Positions 14,360-25,227 of a stretch of 64,000 nt of DNA are shown piece after piece (position 1 is the stretch's first letter; every line of letters begins with the position of its first letter). A program made the translations under genes and the position numbers. The notes beneath the pieces are model-generated. The model had not been told where the DNA came from. It did no database searches and worked only from the letters and a program-made list of their open reading frames with translations. This stretch comes from Zancudomyces culisetae HAW-14-8 (lineage: Eukaryota; Fungi; Kickxellomycota). The stretch covers positions 1,426,001 through 1,490,000 of the forward strand of contig JBNJNM010000015.1 of assembly GCA_052426225.1 (NCBI GenBank), given 5' to 3'.

Positions 14360-15574
14360 AACAACAATAGTTTATCTTTACCAGTTTTGTATATATGTAT
14401 TTTTTCCCTTTAATGTTTAGCCATTTTAAAGTTATCTGATGAGAATAAAAAAAATCATTTTCCAATTATTTAATCTATAATGGATATAATCTACTGGCAT
14501 CGATTCCTAGTATATACATTTAAAGCCTATGACACGCGGTGATTATACTAGGTATACTGGTATTGGAGGTGCTGTAATGTTTATAACTCTAGAAAAGCTG
14601 AAATATGCAATAAAAAAACCCTAACCAAAACTACCAAGTTTTTTTCTCATTTATTTTCAATAGAACAAATCAATAGCTAATTACATCTACCTAATCTAGT
14701 CTAAAGCTATCCAAAGAGTGGTGGTGAGACCCTTGAATTATCTAGAGTATTGATTATACAATCTAAAAGTACGAGCTGGCTAACTTGGTATTTCATCTAA
14801 ATGATGGTGGGAAAAGTTGATGATATTAATGCGACAAAAGAAATTATTCATGGGATCTAAGGTTCCTCATGCTAAAAAAAAACTTTGTTCGTTTATCCTT
14901 GTGCAGTAGTTTTGTTTTTTTTTGCATCTTTGTGGCTTTTACTTGAAACAAATGTGGCCATGGGGGGTACATATAGTAGAGTAGAAAGCTTCAAGTCCAA
15001 CCATCTTACATTATATTTAGAGCATTTTTTTTTTGTTGTTGTGAACACATGTTTGGAATTCAAGAAAAGAAAAAACCTTGTTTATTGAGAAAGTTGAACA
15101 ATAGCATATTGAAATTATTAGAAAAACAACACAGTTACTATTGGGTTATTCACCATTAGGATTTCGCTTTTACATTATTGGTAATGGCTCGATGAAAATC
15201 TCTTCCAATTTACAAACCTTAATCTTTACGAAATGGGTTTTTGTTTATTGGAAAATTATTCTGGGAGCAGAAATCCAAAAACCTCAAAGTAGCAAAAAAA
15301 AAAAAAATTTTTCTTTTATAACTTTTTCGGAATTTTGTGGGAGTAAACTGGTGCAGAACTGAAAAAATCCAATAAAACAAAAATATGAAATACAAATTGA
15401 TATAGAAAAAGCCACAACATTGGAATGTTTTAACAAAAAAAAAATCAGCTATAAAGGTATCTTTACTTTTTTCTAAATCACTGCAAGACGTACTAGCAAC
15501 ATCCTTGGCGATAAACTTGATAAATTTTATGTAATTATTCAGTTTTTGTTTTTTTTGTTAATGCAGTAGGTACA

Positions 15575-16851
15575 ATGAGCTTTATACGATTTTCCCCAGT
15601 TCACTATATTTTCCTGCTAACCCTAGTAATCACGATTTACGAAGTAATCACGCTTGCGAGGAATTATAATGAGATTAGCGTGACCAGAGAGCTTGAGTTG
15701 TTGAAAAAGAACAATTTCTATACGGAGCAATCCCCATATGACAAATGGGTCAAAAATCCAATAGATGTTTTGGTGGATGGAGATAGAAATCTGGGAAGTG
15801 TAAAAGGGGCTCTAGTGGTAATTATTAAGGGAGATCAAAGTCATAAAATGAGAATGACAATGCGTGAATTGGAGCAAACCTACAATAGAGCTCAGGGCTA
15901 CCCATATGTATTTTTGAGCACTGAAGATCTCTCAGACGAATTTAAAATGTCAATACTTACGATGACTAACGCACCGGTTTACTTTTCCAAAATACCCTCA
16001 GAACAATGGGGGTATCCGAAAAAGAAAAACAGAGTAGGTTCTATATTCTTTGGAATGAGCGAAAAGAATAAAAATATTGATCGCAATTTAGAGGAAGAGA
16101 TGTTCAAGACGAGGTATGTGTTATAAATTGAAATTTGTGTACTAATTCCAAGTACCAATACTAATGTATATAATTGGTAAATAGATATATATTGAAGTTT
16201 TTACATGATCACCCGGTACTGAAAAACGTTGATTACGTCTGGAGGGTTACTCCAGGAGCCAGCTATTATTGCGCCCTTGATATCGATCCATTTTTGGAAA
16301 TGAAAAAGTCTAAGCAGAAGTATGGGTTTGTAGCTTTCTCCAAAGAAATGTCGGATTCAGAGAAGTTTCTTGGGAACGTTACCGAAAAATGGATAAGTGA
16401 GAACATCAACAACCTTGCAGAAAAGACAATGGTAAATTGGAACATTAATGATCCTTCGGCAAAGAAAAGAATTTGTCGCTTTTCAACAAGTATCGAAATA
16501 TTTGATACCAACTTTCTTCGGTCGAGTGAATATGACTCCTTTATGTCCGCGATTGATGAATCTGGTGGTATTTTCAAAGAAAATTGGAGTATTGATGGGG
16601 TTAGAACAGCTTTAATCTCTACAATTTTAAAGAAAAACGACGTTCGGTGGTTTGAAGAGATAGGATACACTGATGATGATATAAGACATTGTCCAAAGCC
16701 GCATGGAATGGCCCTAAAATGCGTATTTTGTAAATGGAATAAGGACGGGCCGTACAAATCCAACTGCTACAAGAAATTCCAAAACCTCACTGATATTCCA
16801 AAACTAACGCTTTTGGAGAGAATAAAAGATGATGAATATGCTTTTTTGTGA
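15575..16851 (+). CDS. KRE2/MNT1-like (GT15) Golgi mannosyltransferase-family type II membrane protein with degenerate active-site motifs; 2 exons (15575-16113, 16185-16851), ~401 aa
   Basis: N-terminal TM anchor; GT15 scaffold motifs YPYVFL, IPSEQWGYP, DYVWRV, YYCALDIDPFLEMK..KYGF, FLRSSEY..F..IDESGGIF, WFEEIGY, HCP. Phase-2 intron GTATGT..TACTAAT..AAATAG. Confidence 0.85.
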
Positions 16852-17357
16852 ATGTAGCTTACTATGTCTTTTTTTTTGTTTGATTTTATTTTTCCATTTT
16901 CTGTTATACGCTAGGCTATAGAAATAATGTCATAGAATTATTATCATCTGGTGTGCGGAGAGCTTTTGCCCGTGCATAGGGATTTTTGTTTTTATAATAT
17001 GTACAATGAAATTTTCAATAAGTGAAAGTAGGGAGGAGTATGATATGTTTTGTTATTCATTATATTATTTTGATGTTATTTTTTGCGAAAGCTGCGTAAT
17101 CAAAATAATCAAAGCACAGAGAAGGCGATGCGAAATATGGAACGTATTACTTGTGCACTCAATAAATTAAAACGACGGCTCATCCAACTTGAAATTTTAA
17201 CAGGAAGAGGGAGATATAGGGCTATAAAGGTTTATTAGCGCTATCAAATGTACATCTTGAATAATGGAATGTATAGCGCTAGACGTGCTACCGCTCTGCG
17301 TACATAGTATGTATCAAAACAAAAAACGAAAAAAAATCTTGGGACATGTATTCTGAT

Positions 17358-18608
17358 TCATTTTGTTATTCCTGGCAAAGCGGTGATAGTTTCAGAGGTT
17401 TTAGGGGGGGTTAGATTAAACAGGATCAAACCAGACACCGTTAATATAAAGGGAATGGCGTATAGAGGTACAATCTATCAGCGTAGAGTAAAAATGTAGT
17501 GGCGTGTCAATAATCATGTCGAATATTTACAAAAGTAAAAGTAAAGGTAGAAATGAAATTAAGGATAGACGATATGAATTATTGTACTTACGCCAATCTT
17601 AAATATAAAGAGACTCAGTAGAAGAATATAAACATCTGACGTCAGAACAGACAGGTTGAAAAACAGAGCAGAACTTAGCCGCATTAATATGGGTACAGTA
17701 GAGTATAGACACACCATAGATACTAAGTATAGAAATAGATACCCCACAACAGGACCTGTAAACTGGGTATCTCTCAGTGGTTTAAGCTCAAATATTAATC
17801 TATATGTATATGTTTTTTTGTTATTGTTGCTTTACAATCTGAATATCACATCGCATCAAAGTATAAATATAATTACTTAAATTAGGTTTTTGTGATGCCC
17901 TACAATCAAAACACCGTGAGCTGTAACGAAAAAAATCAACTGGCGAAAAACTTACATTTGGATTCCGTTAATAATAGTACCAAAAGTGCCAATGAGTGCA
18001 ATTGTTTCATATACTGGTCTAATTTTTACAATATACTCCTGTAAGACATTGGAGACTGAATAGCAAATGCACCCTATAATGACAAAAAAGTCGCCTAACA
18101 ATGGATTTTTCCCTATTCCTGGACCACCTGCATCCGTGTCAAGTTTTATCATGATACCAATCCCTGCCAAACATATCACAACAGACGCATAGTGTATTAA
18201 TTTGTATCGTACTTTCATGAATATCATTGATAACACTAGCACACATGGCAGGGTAAATGTATCCAGCAAAGCAACCGAAAGAAGGTTTGTATACTCATAT
18301 GCTTTCACTAGGAAAAAGTTTCCCTCCACATCTGCAAGAGCGAAGAGGATGTACCAATACCATGCCTTCTTCAAGTATCTCAAAGTGTTTCTTCCGTTTT
18401 TATACAATGTGTATGGTAGATATATTAAGGCTAAAAGGATGTACATGAATAAGTTTTGGGAAATTGGAATATTAAAGTTGTAATCATTAGAAAGTATCCT
18501 ATTAGCTACACCAGTTCCAGATATGCATAGCGATACAAATTGCCCAAGTCCAACTACAATCGCTACTCGTTTGTAATCGATTTGTTTGTAAAAATCGCGT
18601 TTAAACAT
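17358..18608 (-). CDS. SLC35F1/F2-like (DUF914) DMT-superfamily transporter; 3 exons (18608-17956, 17799-17592, 17474-17358), ~325 aa
   Basis: Multiple TM segments; family motifs LGQFVSLCISGTG, WYWYILFALADVEGNFFLVKAYEYTNLLSVALLD, GDFFVIIGC..YSVSNVLQEY, SSALFFNLSVLTSDVY. Phase-consistent GT-AG introns. Confidence 0.88.
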
Positions 18609-20158
18609 TCTGCAGAGATTTAAATACTTTAATGTTGGTGTTGAAGCGGGTTAAGCCGATGTTGTACCTATCTCTCGTTGTTGATATTACTCTTTTAGAA
18701 TTCCCACAATAAAATATGTAATTAGACTCCTGCGTCTACTATTCCGTCTAATAGAATCCCTTTTTATATTACTCTAAGAGCCGGGTTTTATTAAACGCGT
18801 GGCTGTGACGAACACTTGATATTTTGTCCTTACCAAAAAGTTGCCAAAAAAAATTTTTTTTACTACACGTATGGTTTGAAGTCCATAAATGTGGTCAAAA
18901 TTGGTAATATGATCAGTTTCATTTGATCAATCAATTATCCTGTTGTTTCGTATATCCTATGACATTTCCTGAATTTTGAAAGTTTTGTAGAGGTAGGACG
19001 AATTTGGCGATAATCTCAACATCTAGGTAAATCGGCCAAAGAAGGCCATCAAAGATAGGAAAAGACAAAGGGTGGGTGAGAGGGGAAGGGGAGGGGAGTA
19101 ATTTAACAACGTAGCACTAGTAGATCCGACATAACATCGCTCTTACTGAGAGCACACATCTGATTGCTTATCTACATGACCACTCTGTAAGTGAGTCATA
19201 TGTACATACAAGTGTATACGCACCATCAATTCGATTTGTTATAATCCTCGGGTTCAGCATTTTAATCTTTTTTTTTTCGCCTGGTGAACACATTAAATAA
19301 GCATCCTCAATATTCAAACCTAAATGCAAGCTAACATTCACATACACACACGTGCGCCCACAATTTTACTAATGTATTATATTCGGAGCAAGAAGACCAA
19401 CGACCCACTTTATACTATACACTACAAAACGGCAACACCAAGCACACGATTCCGTAATACACACTCACTGATTTGTTTTTTTTTAATAATATTTTGGGTA
19501 CAGACGCTGAAAGCGTTTGTACCAAATAGGTTTAACTGTAGCCTAGCTTCGGCACGAAAAGGTCATTCTAAAAAGTCCCAAATCGTTTCTTATCAGGGCC
19601 GCTTATAAAAAGCCACTCTCAAGTACGGCGCAATTAGATCAGAAAAGAAAGATAAATCTTCCAGTCCCTCCAGATTGCTATGAGAAAATTTCTCAGTTGG
19701 CAATAACACTTCAGTAAGTTTAAGAGGTGTTACTGTGGCATGTACTTTTAATATTTTTGATCTAAGTTTCAATCTAGTTCGGCGATGCAGATTTTTACTT
19801 TTACCCAAAATAATATTGACGATAAGTTATGGGGCTTTAGGCACGATTTTGTACTATTGTGTATTGATTTTCTGGTTTTATTTTTTTTGTAATTATTATT
19901 TTTTGTTTACATGTTTATAGGTATTGAGTTTAATTTTACCAAACTAAAAGTTGTATTGGAAGTGGCAATAAAGCTTATGAAGAAATGTATGTGAGAAATA
20001 GACCCATAAAACAAACATAATGTAAAGGATTACAAGCTAAAAGTCTAGTATATTTAATAGAAATCTTGACTAGACACATTAAGGCCTACATGTAAAACAA
20101 AAGTGAAAGAAAATTAAAAAAAAAAGTGTAAAAAAAAAGAGACTAGAGCCAAACTGAT

Positions 20159-21825
20159 TTACAGCTTCATATCGGCCTTTCCAAACCCAACAGTGGGGAA
20201 AGAGCTAGAAAATGATACAACATCCTTCTTCAGCGCAGCCAATTCTGGAACATTTTCAACGTTACTACCAAGTTCTGTCTTGAACATTCCAAACTTGGAT
20301 GCAGTGAACCTAGTTTTGGCAAGGTCATGGGCGATCTTTACACCTTGGTCAAAGAATTTTGCGATTTGCTCGAAATCCTTCTCAACCAACCCTCTAGATG
20401 TCATTGCAGGTGTACCCATACGGATTCCGCTTGGAATAACAGCCGACCTGTCGCCAACGATTGTGTTCTTGTTTGTAATTATGCTGGCTAGTTCCAAAAC
20501 TCTTTCTGATCTGGCACCATCAATGCCTTTTGAGGACATAACATCAGCTAGAATCAAGTGGTTGTCAGTTCCTCCTGTTGCCAGTTGGAAGCCACGGTCA
20601 ATCAATGATTTAGCCAGAGCTTTAGAATTATCTAACACCTGTTGCTGATACTGAATAAACTCAGGTGATTGTGCTTGTTTCAATGCCACCGCAAGGGCAG
20701 TGATTGTGTGGTTATGTGGACCACCTTGATGTCCAGGGAATACGCTGGCATTGATGGGCTGCTCCAAATCGTACATAACTGGCCCTGATTTTTTAGCCGA
20801 TGCGCCCTTCTTTTTAACCTCACGCTCACCCTTTCTGAAGAAAATCATTGCCCCACGTGGTCCACGTAGGGATTTATGTGTAGTTGTAGTTACAATATCA
20901 GCATGCTCAAATGGCCCTGGCATCACCTTTGCTGCAACGAGTCCGGAGATGTGAGCAATATCTGCCATCAGGTAACACCCGACTTTATCACAGATTTCAC
21001 GAAGCCTGGCGTAGTCCATGGCTCTGGCGTATGCGCTCGCACCTGCTACTATGATTTTTGGCCTGTAAACCAGAGCTGACTTTTCAAGCTCGTCATAATC
21101 TATCAATCCTGTTTCTGTATTGCAATGATATGGAAGAGTCTCAAAATAGGATGAAACCATTGATATCTTTTTTGTTGGTAACTGGTAACCGTGAGAAAGA
21201 CTATTTTTTTGTTTCAAGATTTTGAATTTATAGCAAAAATAATTATAAGATGGAAAAGTAAAAGTGAGAGGGAGAGAAATAAACAAAAAAGCCAATAAGA
21301 AGTGTAAAAGGTGAAAAAGACTTACTGTCCTCCGTGCGGCAGATCTAATCCCATTAGCCTTTCGTGTGGCTTCAAAAGGGCTCCGTATACATAAAGATTT
21401 GCTGGTGCACCTGAAAGTGATTGAACATTTACACCCCATTTTTCGGGATCTAAACCAAAACATTCAAGGGCACGTTTCTGACACAACAGCTCCGATTTGT
21501 CAATCCATTCATTTCCTGCGTAGTATCTAGCATTTGGATACCCTTCCGAGTATTTGTTTTGCATAACTGAACCAAGTGCCTGCATCACAGCCTTTGAGGT
21601 GTAGTTTTCAGAGGCAATTAGCACAATACTCTCCAATTGTCTTTTCTTTTCATGCTCGATAATGTTGAAAATCTCTGGATCTTCTTTTTCCAATGGATTA
21701 GTTAGAAGCCCTTCCTCTAGTTGTTTTGGGGTGGCGGACATTGAAGATTGATATCTGCGTGTTGAACATTTCAACGCATTGTACGCTTTGTTTACTTGTC
21801 TGGCTCCTGCTCTTGCCTTAATCAT
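20159..21825 (-). CDS. SHM1: Serine hydroxymethyltransferase, probably mitochondrial; 2 exons (21825-21326, 21200-20159), ~513 aa
   Basis: [26 protein letters not shown]|HLSHGY (restored by intron 21325-21201), PLP-lysine motif [24 protein letters not shown]. Arg/Lys-rich, acid-free N-terminus typical of a presequence. Confidence 0.95.
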
Positions 21826-22946
21826 TTTCCCAAAATTTGTACTAAAGAGTTTTCTTGGAATTTTAATATTGCCTAAAACAAAGAAAGTATTTGTTGAAGT
21901 GTTATGGATAAACAGCAACTAAATTTTTTTTCAGGTGCTTAAATAATTAAGTCTTTTATACTAATATTTGCGTGAACCAAACCAGGCATCCAGCTTTTTT
22001 TGGTCTGAAAAAAATAAATAAAACAAAATCGATGTAAATGCGATTTTTCTCCACTCTGCTAAAGCGATTTGGGCTAATGAAACAAAGTGAGGCAAATTTT
22101 TCTTATATTTTATGGGTTGGAATGCTTGAAAGAGAGCATTTTCGTTTATGGATACATGCAACTCTCTAAAATTGACAATTTAGTTGTGTATATATTGCGT
22201 AAATGTTTGGGTTTTTTGATGGAAAAAAGTGTATATGTTGGTTTGGTTACATATTAAGTGCACGGCCGTTATTTCATTTCGGTGGAATATTTAGCTTTTT
22301 TGAAAGTAATAACTACTATGTTTAACTAATCCCAACCATTTTGCAATAAAATTGTAAACCTGCTAAAAGAGAAAGAAAGAGTGGAAATGATGGATAAGAA
22401 GCTGATAGTTTTTGTGAAAAAACAAAGCAGCTTTTATACGCAGTGGAAATACTGGAATTGATGAAAATTCTGATCTCTATGTAATGTTAGTAAAGATCGT
22501 ATAGATAAATTTTGGATCAGCTTAAGTGGAAGAATGCTGAACGGGTACAATATAGTAAAATAGAGTAGAACGCAGTAGAGTAGGGTAGAGTAGAGTGAAG
22601 ATATGGGGCCAAAATATGGTCAGTATCTTATATTTTTTGATTCTACCAAACAAAGAACCCGAGTAGCTTTGCTTTCCACCACTTCTAGATGGATGCGGGT
22701 GTAATTTTTGTGCTAACTGATACTGTATTTTAGATGAGTATGAGTTGATTATGAAAGTACAAAGTGAGCTACCTAACAACTGTTTTGAGTAAATCGAGCT
22801 GTATACACCACCAGTTTTTACTCTTTAAAGAGAAAATGATAAAAACAAACGAACAGTATTCGAAATGGCACAGCAAAGTGTCATTTTTGAATCAGCACAT
22901 CTAGCACGCTGGCAGCCCAGACCAGTTACTAGTTTAAGGTTTCAAG

Positions 22947-22999
22947 GATAAAAGATAAAAGATAAAAGATAAAAGATAAAAGATCAAAGATCAAAGATT
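22947..22999. repeat. Heptanucleotide tandem repeat (GATAAAA)5 decaying to (GATCAAA)2, between SHMT and ALDH
   Basis: Directly visible. Confidence 0.9.
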
Positions 23000-23521
23000 A
23001 AAAAGAAATGGGATCCGATTATCTGTAAACACAACATCAAGGACAAAGAGTTTTACGTATATAATACTATGTTTTAACCATGCTAGAGTATAGTTAGTCG
23101 AATTTTTTGTGTGCTTTTTGCAAACAACTAGCCATTTAATAGAGAAGAACCAACTGACCTGATAACAATCAGCAGTGCTTTTAGATCATTTTTTGTATTA
23201 CAGCAAAAACTAATTGAAACATGAAACAGGAGCAAAAATAGCTACTTCAAGGGTAGAAAATACACCAGATGTTGAAATGTGGTAAATCTGAGAATAAACA
23301 TGAAAGCTAGTGGGTATTGCACTCAGGTTTCTCCCCTCCCCTCCCCCACCTCTCCCTCCTCCCGAAAATGTCCTTGAAACGATACTATTTTATTGAAAAG
23401 GTACAGTTTTAGTGTACTTTTAAATTACTTTAGGAAATAATAAAGATAAAGCTTGATCAATTGCACAACAGCACTATTTCTACTCCACACGAAAACTACA
23501 ACTATAAGGAATTCAAAAAGC

Positions 23522-25054
23522 ATGAATTCAGCGCTAAACATTTTAAAATCGCCAGGCACACTATACTATGGTGGAAAATTTGTTCCTGTACTGAGCGGAA
23601 AATTACACAAAGTCATTAGCCCAGCAGATCAATCAGTACTAGCCCAAGTTGGAGAAGGGGGAAAGGATGATATGACAAATGCAATCGCTGAAGCCCGCAT
23701 AGCGTTTGATGAGGGTCCCTGGTATAACGTATATGACGGAAACCAACGCCGTGACGCGCTATTGAAGCTAGGTGCTGTGGTCGAAGATCGGTATTTGAAG
23801 GACTTGGCATATTTAGAAAGCGTAAACACAGGAAAGCCATATGTAGTTGCCGAGGATGAAATTAAGGACTGTGTAAACCTATTTAGACATTATGCGGGAT
23901 ATGCAGACAAAGTACACGGAAAACATGTGAGTTTTCAAACAAACACGGCGCTGGACGTGTACAATATCCGCGAACCTCTAGGTGTATGTGGGATGATCAG
24001 CAGTTTTAACTATCCGTTGAATTTAGTTGCTTGGAAGATCGCACCTGCACTTGCGGCAGGAAACACAGTTATTGTTAAACCTGCACCGCAAACACCGCTT
24101 AGTGCGCTGTTTTTGGCACAGATTATTAACGACCATCAGATATTCCCAAGCGGTGTGTTTAATGTAGTTACGGGTGGCGTGGAAGCAGGGAATACGTTGG
24201 TGGTTGATGATCGCGTTGATAAGATTAGTTTTACGGGCTCCGTTAATGGCGGAAAGGCTGTGCAGAACGCAGCAGCCAATGCAACATCATCTCCAAATTC
24301 TTCCACATTCAAGCACCTAACCCTGGAATTAGGAGGAAAAAGCCCCGTGGTTGTGATGGATGATAGTGTGGCTAACTTGGATAACACTGTTTATCACGTA
24401 ATTCAGGGAATATTTGCAAATGCTGGCCAAAACTGCAGCGCAGGATCGAAACTATACGTACAAAAGGGAATATATCCAGAATTTATCTCCAAGCTAAAAG
24501 AAAAGACGGAGGAGTTGGTAAATACAATGGATGCAGTAGATATCAACAAAAGTTCTGTTATGCCTGTGATCGATAGAAACCAGTACAATAAGATTTTGGA
24601 TTACATCAATCACTCCACTAGCAGCGGAGAGACTACATGTCTAATAGGAGGTCGAGCATATTCTGGAAAGGATGGTAACTGCAATGGCAATTTTATCGAG
24701 CCAACTATACTCGTTAACGCAGATCAGTCAGCAAAAGTAGCGAAAGAAGAAATCTTTGGACCAGTGCTAACTGTAATGAAGCCATTTGAGCACTTGGATG
24801 AGGTAATAGCGATCGAGTCAAAGCTTCCGTTTGGACTGGCGGCAGGCATTTTCTCGTCCAATACAAAGACAATCAACCACTTTGTTCGCAAGATGAGGCA
24901 TTCGGGAACAATCTGGGTGAATACATATAACTATACCCCTGCTAACGTTACGTTTGGAGGATTCAAAAATAGTGGAATTGGAAGAGAGCTAGGTAGCGAA
25001 GTCATGGACAGCTATACTGCACCCAGAAGTGTGATATCTGACCCAAACTATTGA
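23522..25054 (+). CDS. NAD(P)+-dependent aldehyde dehydrogenase, intronless, ~510 aa from the first ATG
   Basis: REPLGVCG, FNYPL, KIAPALAAGNTVIVKPA, SFTGS, catalytic LELGGKSP and NAGQNCSAGS, EEIFGP, FGGFKNSGIGRELG. Confidence 0.95.
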   Translation: MNSALNILKSPGTLYYGGKFVPVLSGKLHKVISPADQSVLAQVGEGGKDDMTNAIAEARIAFDEGPWYNVYDGNQRRDALLKLGAVVEDRYLKDLAYLESVNTGKPYVVAEDEIKDCVNLFRHYAGYADKVHGKHVSFQTNTALDVYNIREPLGVCGMISSFNYPLNLVAWKIAPALAAGNTVIVKPAPQTPLSALFLAQIINDHQIFPSGVFNVVTGGVEAGNTLVVDDRVDKISFTGSVNGGKAVQNAAANATSSPNSSTFKHLTLELGGKSPVVVMDDSVANLDNTVYHVIQGIFANAGQNCSAGSKLYVQKGIYPEFISKLKEKTEELVNTMDAVDINKSSVMPVIDRNQYNKILDYINHSTSSGETTCLIGGRAYSGKDGNCNGNFIEPTILVNADQSAKVAKEEIFGPVLTVMKPFEHLDEVIAIESKLPFGLAAGIFSSNTKTINHFVRKMRHSGTIWVNTYNYTPANVTFGGFKNSGIGRELGSEVMDSYTAPRSVISDPNY

Positions 25055-25227
25055 ACCACACTATAAGACCATATCAGTACACGTTTCCATACATAGTAAT
25101 AACCATAAATTTACTCGTGGTATTGATTATAATGAACAATAGAAAAAATGATAATAAACCAGCCATTTATATAAAAAAGAAAAAGCACGCATTTTATCAA
25201 GGGCGGAGAAGAAAAAACAACAGAAAC

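Noticed and set aside
21826-21918. Non-ATG N-terminal extensions given by the ORF track for SHMT, and for ALDH (23453-23521)
   Set aside because: They arise from TTG/GTG start calling. This is a eukaryote and suitable ATGs lie at 21825 and 23522.
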